Shown here in pieces: positions 42,601 through 54,600 of a stretch of 64,000 bases of DNA. Made by a program: the position numbers and the translations under genes. Below the pieces are notes generated by a model. The model was not told the origin of the DNA. It made no database searches and worked only from the letters and a program-made list of their open reading frames with translations. Source of the DNA: Ascidiella aspersa (lineage: Eukaryota); contig OZ004610.1 of NCBI GenBank assembly GCA_963924565.1, positions 7,006,001 to 7,070,000 of the forward strand. The letters run 5' to 3'. Every line of letters begins with the position of its first letter. Positions within the stretch are counted from its first letter, which is position 1.

Positions 42601-45600
42601 TCACGTAGGGTGGAAAAAGGAACGGCCTGGGCGTTTTGAATTTGATAGAGGGTCAATTTTTTTTTACAAACACTTGAAATAAGATGTTACTGGCGGAAAA
42701 ATAGGCTTGGAAAGAAAATGCCGGCGCCTTTTAAAGATTCGGTCCGAATTGTTTTCGGTCAATTATTTTACAAATTTTGAAATTTGTTTTTTCAAATAAA
42801 ATGGAGTTTATGATGGGAGGTAGACATATACCAGGGTGGAAAAAAGTGCTTCTTGAAGTTACCGCGCAAAAGATTTTATCGACAAACAACAAAAGCGATT
42901 TTGTTGATGCCACAGCCCGATAGGCCATCGTACTCAAACCAATGGCGAGTCGAACATACAAATGCTGTTGAACGTACAAAACTTGAACATACAAAAGCTG
43001 TTGACAGCAGCGTTCAGGCCGACACGCGCCAACAAACGTATATCGATCCGTCAAACTCTCCGCGATAAAACAGCAAAGGCTTTATTTACGAGTTCCGCCC
43101 TGAAGCAATTACGCTGGCATCGGAAGCGGCTCTTTTTCATTTAGGCGAACAGGGGCTCACTTTGGTTAAGTGCCTGTTGTCGGCACACACTTGAAGCGTC
43201 TATAGGGGCCCGCGCCATAAACGCCACAGCCTTCAAAGTCGCAAAGGGGCCTTATCAGCAGGGCACACACAGGACTTTACTTGTTTGTCAACGCACAGAA
43301 CAAAGACTATGGCGTATCTCTCTCGCGAAGCTTCCGTTTGGCCGGAACGAAATTCGGGGAAATGTTTGCCACTAGCGGCTCGAGACGGGACGATACGTAT
43401 ATGGCGGGGGTCATTTGGGGTCGAACCCCGCGCCACTGGGGTTATTTAGGGTCATGGGTAAAAGAGCTTGAATGGAAGATGGGGGGGGGGGGGGGTGGAT
43501 ATCCGTGCAAACAGCAATGTTACGGAATGCAAAACATTTTAACAGTAGTTTTGTACGCCTTTATAAACTAATCTTGTCAACTTCTGGTAAAGCTAAAAAA
43601 AACACAAAGCACATCGCTTCAATCGTTCGGCAGTATTTTTTCGCTAGCTTTTATCATACAGACTTTTTCAACGTCGAAACAGGCATGCGATAATAATTGA
43701 TCAACCTTAATGCAGAAATGACTCGACATATACCAATCGAACCCAATAGCAAAAAGTACGTCACTCAAACTTGGCCGTGTAAATATATAACGTCAAAACG
43801 TCACGCACTGAATGAAGTTCGACATGGGAAACGCGAAGGCCGTATAAATGTTAGCTTAATAAAAATCACAAGCATGGAGACCTGCTTCTTAAGCTGACGT
43901 CAACCTTGAAACAGCAATTTTATTTCTCAGGCTCAAAACTCAATCACGTCTAGCCTTGATTTGGATGGATTTAAGCCAATCACAATTACAAGGCTGGCTC
44001 CAACTTCGCAGGATTTGCTGGTGAGTGTTCTTGTGCGATACGAAAATTAATGTTTAAGGCAATTAGGTGCGATGTTAACATTTAATTTGGCAAATGCTTT
44101 ATTTCAAATGCTTGCAAAAAAATAAACTTATGCGAGGATCAACCCAATTTATCACTATTATATACAGTGAAAATCACGCAACATTTAGTAACTTTAATTT
44201 TTAGAGGATATATTGAAATAAGCAAAATAATGATAAATACCTTTATCCTACGGAAAAATACTAAAAGTTCACACTAATTTGAAGAAAGTGTAGGTCAAAT
44301 ATTGATGTTAGAGTGCTAAACAATTTTTATGCATTTCTGACATCCTTGAAAGGTAAATTTCTTACAAAATAGCAAATTTTAATAGAAGGTTACTCAACTT
44401 TTTAACGCTTAATAACTACACTGGCTTGATAACATAGAAAACATATCCTGTGAACCACTGTATCGGATGGCTTTCAGTATCAGATGGCCGAATTTTTGCC
44501 TTCATAAAAGTAATTTTTTTGCCTTTCATGTCATCATAAGAAATACGCAATAAATATAGGAAGTATCAGGCATTCCCAAATAACCGTATCTTTTCCGAAC
44601 ACATAAACACAGGCGGCCATCGCGGAAACCGGATTCCAGGATCGCCTGGACCGCATGTCGCGCTCGTTACATCAACACGGTCGCAAGCTGAACAACGTGT
44701 CGAGCGTTGTGAACAGCGTGGCCGAGGACGTTCGGGCGCTGTCCATGACCACCGCCAATTATTTCGAGATCATCAACCAGCAGGCCCGCGATATACGCAG
44801 CCAGAACGAGACCATCAACCAGCTGCTGAACAAGGTGAGCTCTATATGTACTATTCTTTGGGCTCTTTCCGGTTCGAGTTTGACCAGTTTTTCAAAATGT
44901 GAAAGCGCAATGGAGTTTAAATATACATTCAGTCCTAAAACGTTTTATATTTAATTAAACACTTTTCTTTGAAAAAATTATTACTTTTCAAATATACACT
45001 AATATTTCAATTAGGGCCTCATGGACCCTCTAAAACTAGTTCCCCCCCAATGGGTCCATGGACCCCAGTTTAAGGACCCCTGGGTTAAACGCATCGAAAG
45101 AAAGATATTTTCTTTTTTGAGTACAACACGACATAAACCAGTCACAGTAAACTAACAAGCTTAGAAGTGATCTCGCTTAAATTAACCTTGCCTTGTCGTT
45201 TCAGTTCGACCGTCAAGAAAGCATATACCACGCGCACTTCGACTACCAACATCAGATGACACAAAAGCTGATGGAGGCAGTTATCGGATTCGCAAAGCAG
45301 GTTTCGCTTCAGAAGCCACTGGAGCAAAACCGAGGTATTAAACAAGCGTAATAACTGTCCGACTTTTCGTGTTGGTTTCAAGGTAAAATGTAAATCGAAA
45401 AGCGTGAATATATAGGGATTTTGGGGAAGAGGTAAATCAAGTTTATTTTTAGGCTGTTGTCGTTAGTAAAGAGAAAGGCTACAGGATTATAGGATAAGTG
45501 TTTTATAAAAGACTTATGTTTTCTTTGTAAAATATGACAAAAAGGCGTGTACATCGAAACATTTTTTAAAAGTACAACGGTTATGTTGAGCAGAATTTTT

Positions 45601-48600
45601 TTGTAAACGTTCTATATTTTTATCAGTAAACTGTTCCAAAAAGGTGTTCTTATGGGAAGTTTTTTATAGATAAAACGTCATGTGTGTCAAATATCCACGA
45701 AATGTGACTTTTGTTCGCTTTTACTGTAAGGCGATTTTCATGGAAATTAGACACAAAACAAAGGGGGCTTTTTTGTAGCGTTATTTAAAGAAAGGTGTCC
45801 TTTGTTTGGCATGAAATAGAAAAGGTCGTGCACGTATAAAAAAATAGGGGCGCATATATGGAAATTTCTACGTTGCTTTCAAAGTAGGGCGTCATTTCTT
45901 AGGCTCACACCGTAAACAAGCAGAACGGCGCCGCCTTATTGGGAAGCGAAATGGGCGAAACAGCAGATCGACAGCGATAGTCACCCACACGCTCGTATAG
46001 ATAAAGCAAAAACAAAAAACAAGCCCTGATTTCGTGATGACGCAATCAATCTCGACGGTTCAGGGTGCGGTTTGCGGGCGCGAATTCGCCACAACGACGA
46101 TCGGCCAACCAGCAGGGATCTCGTTGGCTTATTTGCGAGGACAAATCGACCTGAATTACACCGGGCGCCAAAAATAGCGTGGGACGCGCAAGTCGAGTCG
46201 ATTTCTTTTTATAGACGCTCCTCGTGCACTTTGCACGCGTTAGGTCAGCCCGACCCTGCCAAGAACGCCTGTTCACCTTTACGCAAACGATACGCTGGCT
46301 TCGTAATGGAAAGCCTGGCAACAGAAAAGCAAGGGAAAGCAGAATTTTCGGCGGTAAAATTGTTATCGCTATCGTGGAGCGCCTTGCAGGAAACGTTCGA
46401 AGAGTACATTACCGCAAGTTTTTTTTCGCTTACGTATAGTGCTGCGAAATCTGCCTTGGGTGGTTTTATAGCATAACACCAAGGCATTGCTTCCCATGGG
46501 CCAACGACTTTTATCTCAGCAAGTAAAGAAACGGGATTTTTTTAACATAAGGGCGGATTGAGGGTAAAAAGAGGTCAACACTCATTTCAGACTAAGTTTT
46601 TGAACTGTTGACCGGCTCAAGCGGCCACATTTAAAGTAGGCTGCTTTCATTTTTACCAATGGTATTCTTTGCCATTTTAATTAAAAAATCTCAATTAAAA
46701 GGTGAACGCACTCGAAGAAGTCTGAAGCCGGCTCATTTAATTCAATTTCGAATTAGAGAAATGCGGCCGTTACTTTATTGGTTGAAAACTAGACAGAACA
46801 AGGCAACTGGTAAACACCGTGCCAGACATTATATATAGATAATGTGAATTCAAGTTTAACATGCTAACCGACTTGCCTATTTGCAACACTAATAGCTTGT
46901 TTTGCAAAATTAAAAATGGTTTCGCGGCACATTCAAAGTTAAGATTTCGAATCGTCCACTCGTTAATTCGGGGCCAATTCTCCGATTTACACACACTCGC
47001 CCAACTAGCGATTGCCAAAAAGTTGTTATAAGACCTACCGGACTTAATTTGTTTATGTACATCATATTACGTGACATCGTTGCACTCATAATCTATTAGT
47101 GAAAATTTATAACAATAGAAGCTTGAGCAACTATAAAACTGGTTATAGAAGTGCGTCAAACAAACACCCTAGATATTCATTCAATGCTCCTGTAAACAAT
47201 CTAGGCGGGTGCTAAGAGAATTACGCAAACGCATAGAAATAGAAGAGCACGGGTTAAATCATTGGTAAAAACAGTTATGTAACATGAAATTTCCAACCGG
47301 CGAATACAAATTAAATTCAATATCATCCGTTGACAAACCTCTAGGTAAAAAGGCCAAAAACTTCATTCGAACGGGGGCACTGAAGCGCCCAATATAGTTA
47401 CAAATATAACCGCCTGACCCTTGACCTGCTGCAGACTGTCACGACCTCTGGATGAGCGGACAGACGCACAGCGGCGTGTACACAATCGTAAAGGACATGC
47501 AGCTCAAGCCTGTCTACTGCAACATGACGGCAGTCGGTGGCTGGACGATCATTCAGCGACGAAGCGACGGAACACAGGAGTTTAACAAAGGTATGGTTTG
47601 CTTCTCATAGCCCCGATTGATGTTTAACCATGACGTGTAAAGACGTTTTGTGACGAAAACATGCCGTTTGGTGTTGGAGTAATTTTTTTTGTTGTGATTT
47701 GTCCCAAAATATTTTTTTTCTCATTTCTTACGAGATATAATTTAACATTGAATGCAACGTACATCAGTTGACCTTCGGATGAACATCCTATTTCATACAC
47801 CAGTTACATGTTAATTATAAAACTAAAGTCGTGTTCAAACGCAAAAAAATGTTTTTAAAGCTTTCCATGCACCTTAAACTATTAAAAGTGGTTTCATTTA
47901 ATATATTTGTTATATATTATTTTTTGCAAAGTTAATAGCAGCGCACATATATTTTAGTTCCATTGTTATCAGACATCAATACTCAAGGCTACACATTCAC
48001 AAATAATTTGTTAATAACCCAGATTGGCCTTGAATTGCTTTTCGACATGAGTCTGTCTTCCGCCAGCAAATTGGTTACGTTTTCTGATTTGCCTTGTTTG
48101 TAAAAAACATAAGTGAAACGACATTATAGTAGTGCCATAGGTAAAGAACGTTTCAACATTTCGAAAGAAAATGTTATTTAATATTTTCGACCCTCCCTAA
48201 AAGACAATTAATGGTTTATTTCTAAATTAAGCGTCTGTAAAATTCTCCATTGAGCCCAATTGGATTTTGAATCAGGAATAACTAAATTAGCTGATTTTTG
48301 CAGATTTAACAAAATATGACAAACAAAAATGTAAACAAATCCAGTTGCGCGGAAACCTAAATCCAGTCGAAAGAATTTGAATGAAACAATCTGCGATAAT
48401 TAAAAGTGTAATACGCTTCAATGTGTAATAGTGACGTTCCGAGGCAAAATTGTAACGCTTCAAAGCGTAATTGTTACGTTTCAAGGCGCAATTGTTACGT
48501 TTCAAGGCGCAATTGTTACGTTTCAAGGCAAAACGTGATATGTTACATTTTAAGGGGTCAACGACTACGAGAAGGGCTTCGGCAGCATTTTCGGCGAATA

Positions 48601-51600
48601 TTGGCTTGGCTTGGACATGATAAGGTGGCTGACACACGGCAGGATTTACAGCATAAGAATTTTGCTGGAGGACTGGGCGGGACACCAGCGATACGCCAAC
48701 TACGACCGCTTCATGGTATACGGACAGCACTACGTTCTGATGGTAAGTGGCGGCGGTGCGGTTCGAACGGGCGACCCCGGGAATATAGACTCTGTTGTCT
48801 AAACAAGGGTGCCAACGACGAAAAATCGGCTAATCTTTAAAAGAACAAGTTGTTTTGTTAAGTTTTGTAACGGTTAAAGAGGTTTCAGGTTTGGAATGAA
48901 TAAAAAAAATATTTTCATTTTATTTTTCGTTATATAAATTCACCAGGTGAAACTATGAACTTCTTCAAGTGCATATTCACGACACACAATAGTTCCTTTG
49001 TTGCTCACTGCGATCAGGCTCATGTTACCCTTTTACCGCGAGTTGAAAATGACGGAAAAAGCACAGCATTACAGTATACAACGACAAAGACTTACACCCA
49101 TAGGGGTGGTCTGTATCGCGAGATCAAACTTACCCCAGGGGCTGGATTTAACCGGGTGACCTGCGCCAAGCCAACCATTGCGACCTCGCTTTTACAGTTA
49201 ACACGGGAGCCTGGATTGAAATCAAGCTCAAAACTACCCAAGCTCTGCCGGATTGATGTATACGTAACACTCTATAAGCAACACCAAGCAAGTTTGAGCT
49301 TGATCGCTTGATCGCAAGATCGCGAACTGAACGATTACATACGCGTTGCAACTGTTGCGTGATCGGGACCAAGTGTCGTACTGGGTTCGCATTTCAAGGG
49401 CTTAAGTTGGTGTTGATATAACAGCATTTCGCCATGCGCGCGATTCTCACGACCGTTTGCCCATCGCTCATGTCTATAGAGTATAGTACAGGTTTCGTTC
49501 GAGACGCTGCGGGCCCTTACAGATTCGAGTGCTGCGCCAACGGACAGGCGGCCTTGGGTTCCGGCGCCGTTGGGCCACAGAGATGACGTCATATTTTGGG
49601 TGCAGCGCCAAAAAAGCAACAGCGGCGTTGCGACTGATAATAATTAATTGACAGCAGGCCGTAGGGACGCGATTACCTGTTTTGACTCGCGGTGAACGTT
49701 GCGAGAAAAACAAGCTAGCGGTGGTTTGGCCTTGCAATAGCAAATAAGGTGTTGGCGCGAGGTTTAAGGGCCGCTCAATAGCTGGCGGCTGGAAGGGCGA
49801 ATGGCAGCGCCGTCGTATTTTCCATTCGTAAACACGCGCGCACAAAAAAAGCCTTTTCCGAGCGACAAATAGCTCGGTCGTCGAGCCGGCCATTTGGCAT
49901 CGGCCTTGACACGCGTGTCGAGCTTTCGGAAGGCAAGGTGAGGAATAATTGCTGACATCCCGGCCGTAGCCAAACGACTAGCGACGAGTATAGGGGATTT
50001 TGGCTGCGAATTGGTCGGCTAGTGCCAAAATGCACCGGCGTATGTCGTCGCGATGTAGACAAACCGCGACAATAACGAGGCAAGCTCAAGCTTGGTGGGC
50101 GCCGAATTTCAATATATATAAGTCTTGTTGACTACAAGGCCGCGGAAAAAAAGAGGCGGTTGCAGCGAAATGAACGAAATGGTAAAAAGCGAAAGCCTCG
50201 ATCAAGTAATACGCCTTACTGAAAAACAAACAATTATTCGCGAGGCTCTAAAGCAGTGTTTATCAGCCTTTTATGGCTTGCGGCACCCCCCAGCAATAAT
50301 AAATAGATTGCGGTAATTCACTATAATGTCGCAGTAAATGGAACTGGGGCAATACACATCAAATATATACAACGTATGAAGTTATTGCATTTATCCACTC
50401 TTATCTTACACAAAAAATTGTAAGAGTTGAGCAAAAACCAGATTCTTAAAGATTCTGAAATATCTCCAGGTACCCTTGAGAATTAGAAATGGCACACTAG
50501 GGGTCCACTGCTCTAAAGTTTAAAATATAGTAGTAAGACCCTGCGGTTTCGCATTGAGGCGTGACTTTAAGGGTCAGCGGGATATTGGAAAAACCCTCTT
50601 ACATTGACAAACGCCTTTGTAGGAAAGGGAAAGCGTATTTCGTCGCAAGCTTTTAAACACGGAACTCGTCAAAAGACAACAACCGAACATCAGCAGCGCA
50701 GTCGGCGACCTATTCCATAATTTGTGGCCGCGAAAGATTCAAAGCGAATTTTTTGACACCAAATTCTGCGATATTCACGCCGGGAATGTTATTTTTCATT
50801 GTAACACTACGACATTTCGGCAAATGACGTCACTGGCGTGGTTTTGGCTGAGCATTCAAGCCGAAGATCTTTGGCGGGAAGGCACTGGAACGCAATCGGG
50901 GTCGGAGGCAAAAATCCCAAGGAAAGCAGCAACCTGTAAATTTACCGCGCGTAATATGCCATACTGTCTCTCGCACGACAAAAGACCACCGTCGAGTCAA
51001 AGCCGCTATTCAGGCCGTGACACTCAATATGAGCGAACGTGTTAATCCGAGTATGACTTAGCCTGAACCTTCCACATGCGTACAGTGCTCTTAGGCTTTG
51101 GCTGTGGTTTAAAATCCCGACTGGGTGCAATGGAAATGCGGTTTTCGGTCGGCCCAAGTCAACAGTTTGCTTTTGCGCTCGTCAAAATTTGACGAGTCCA
51201 CGAAATACGAGCCCACGGACAGGTGCTGCAGAGAACTGGCGAACGGCTTTGCCCGAAAAAGGGCACGTTATGCATTCTTGCAAGTGCGTGTCGATAACCT
51301 TCCACTTTCCACTCATGTTTTTGGCTTTTTTCGTCAGTTTACGTGGCTTCGCAAAAACTTGACCTCAGTAAATGTCGAAATCAAGCAGAGTTTCGCATCG
51401 ACACTTAACCCTTGTAATTTCGCAAACCAACATAATTTATTTTTTTGTTTTCAAGGTGAGCGGATACAGTGGAAATGCGGGGGATTCTCTGACTGGGAGT
51501 AACGAGGTCCCGTTCAGGGCGAGAAGACAGAGCAGGGAAAATACCATCACACGCAATTCAGACTGCACGTCGCGAAGACAAGCAGGTGCATATCTTAGTT

Positions 51601-54600
51601 AAACTTTTTTTTATAATATGGCGTACCATATAGGAAGTAAAATTATTTTCTTTTTAATTTGCCAGAGTGTCCTATACTTCAATTTGCATAAGGTTACACA
51701 TTATGTCATTGTCCTCAATTAAACCTAAAAAAAATAAATTGCCAAAAAAAGTTTAAATCCGTACACACAGGTATTTCTAGCTTTTCAACGTCCAGAAAGC
51801 TATATTTAACGAACAAACATTCAGCACAAAACTATAACCAACATTTTTACGGTATTTGCAACGCTATACTGACCAAATAATGTTTTGCCGTCTGGAAGAG
51901 TAACAAAAAACTAAAATAATCCACCTTTTCATTTTACGAATAATTCCTAATCTGATCAAGTGAACAACCTACACCGTTTAACGAACGAATTATTCACCGC
52001 CTCTCTGATTCTAAAAAAGCTCCCTGGTTCTAAAATAATTTGCTTAGCGTATATGTAATCATTTTGGGCCCGTCTCCTAATCAAATTGCGGGCAAAACAA
52101 CGCATAATGACCAAGTGAAACAACCGACGTAACATATATGACCGAGTGTTTCTTGTCCCGGCAGGCTGGTGGTTCCCGCGGGACTGCGGCCAGGCAAACC
52201 CGAACGGGCCGTACCCAGGCGACCCGCGTGACGGCGCCAACAGCAAAAAGGCCGAGGCGCCGAACAAGTACAGCTACATGATCCCCGATTTTGAGTGGAT
52301 GCGCTGGAGAAGCAACCAGTTCCCATTGCGCAAGGTTTCACTGCAGATCATTCCCAGAGAAGCGCTCATTGAAAGTCCATTCTCGACTATCGGCGATACG
52401 AACGGCAACGCCGATGGATCCGATGGCGGCGACACGCAGGAAAGCGACGCCGGTAAGAAACGGGGTCAAGGGTCAAGGGTCAACCGGCGCGGTTTTTGTG
52501 GTTAAACAGGACGAATTAGGTATAGAGTGCAAGAACTAGATTTTTTAATTTTTTCTGCACAAAATCTAAACTAATACGCAGGAAAGCGACGCCGGAAAGA
52601 GGCAGGATTTGCTGGCTTCGTGGATAGACCGTGATTATAAAAAAAATTAATCCCGCAATTCTCATGTAACAAAAACTCGGCTTACCTTCTAGAAAGAGGC
52701 TTCTCTTAGTAAAACAATCTATTGCTCCTATAAAACAACATATTTTACTGCCGCAAATTTAAATGCGATATCTCAAGGCAGTGTCTCTGTTAGCACCTGT
52801 TTCGCATGTTGCTCCGACCAAACATATCAAGTATAGAGTGTTACAACTATAATTTTTTTTTTTTTCAGCAGAAAATCAAAACTGTAATGCAAAACAAAAC
52901 CCTCGAGTTACAACAAACAAGGAGAATTGTTCAGATATCAGTCCAGAAATAAGGCCGAACAAATCAAACGACAAATTAAATATTAAAATTATTATACAAA
53001 CAAAACTGCGCTGGAGGATCGTTTACTTTTTGCTACAGCACTCAAGCGGGTCTCTGTTCACAATTTTCTGCTTGTTTATGTGTCATGTAACATGTTTAAA
53101 AACAACTAATTTTCTTGCATATATGTTACGCTCTGCTGACATGTGAAAGTAAAGCAACCAAGTGACCATAAATATAAACTGTAGAATATTAAGGTTTGCA
53201 TGGGAAATGGCATTTCTTTGGGTGTAGTCATATAGCCTTCATTAATAGTTTTTAGCACAATAAAGCATTTTTAGCAACTAAGAATACAATTTAAAGGAAG
53301 TTCACATAATACAAACTAAACATGTCCAAATAAACCAACGAAAATGGTTGTGAAAACATGCCAGCCCTTTCTCTTTTGTAATTCCGTGTGCGTATACTAT
53401 GACAGGCATGGAAGGGATCATCATTTGCAAATATACTTTTCGCCGACGATTAAACACAGTCGCGGCTTTAAGTTTCGCAGGCCTTAATTTAGCCGAACCG
53501 CGTTTTCCCGGGAAAATATTTACCAGTGATTTCACGCGCAAGGCCTCGCCCAGATTTACGATAAGGGCAGACAAAGAGACAAATCGCGACACCCCGGCAA
53601 TCGATTTGATTCAAAGTCAATATTGACGTTTGAGGACTGGCTTAACAGTGACACATCTGGACCGCACAAAGGGCTAAATCACCTCCGTGAAAGAGTGAAC
53701 ACTCAGACGGACGTGTTGTGTGAAAAGTCAATGTTAAGTGGAAAAGCATTTGTCTTTTTTCAAAGAAAAATCGTCGTTTACCTATAGTTGTATTGTAAGA
53801 GTTTCGTTCCAAAAACCTAGCTTTTAGCACTCAGTTTGACATGAAACGGCTATCTTCTAAACTGGTAATTAAAGCGTATATTTCTAACACGTTGTACTAG
53901 CGAGATCTTTAAAACATAAAAAAATAAAATAAAAATGCGCTTTTAAAAAACAAACTGTTGATTTTACTAGATTGACTAGATACATTTTGTGATAAAGACT
54001 TGCTTCTAACAGAATAGCGTTGTTTTGCATTTCACTTGAGCTTTAAACATTGTAATGGCCCAAGTTTAAATAAAAATTATCAAATGTTGTTATTTCACGA
54101 TTGATGTGACTATGGGGTATCGTACTCATCGTATGTAGGCATAATAATCATTTCTACAGCTACAATCTCACAAAATGCATTGCAGGCGACGCGGCCGACG
54201 ACTCACAAGAAAGAGACACCAGGACAAGTCGCGTAAGAGAAACCGCACAAGCAACCACCACCAACAATAACAACAAGAACAATCGCAACAGCAATAGCAA
54301 CAACAACAATATCAACAGGCGCAAAAACAACAACGCTAGCAAAGGCGGCGCAGGGTCGAGCAAGGCACTGAGGCGCATCTACAAGAGAAATAGCAGATGA
54401 CCGTGCCGCGTGCTGGTACTTGGCTACTGCGAGACTATATGACGCTGCCCTTGGGTCGACCTTGAGTGTGAAGGCAACACGTGGGCGCGCGCGCAAAAGA
54501 CCTATGCTTCTTTTGCTGCTGCTGCTGTTGTGCGCAAAATTCGACTCGTGTCGCGACGAGAAATCGAACCACGAACCCTGGGAAAATGCGGGACACGTCA

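Noticed and set aside
48287-48730. ORF with LKRNNCA repeats
   Set aside because: Translation of a 21-bp minisatellite plus the antisense of exon 13.
18926-54400. Assigning ANGPT1/2 or a specific ANGPTL symbol
   Set aside because: Architecture is similar but the FReD is divergent; orthology needs a phylogeny.
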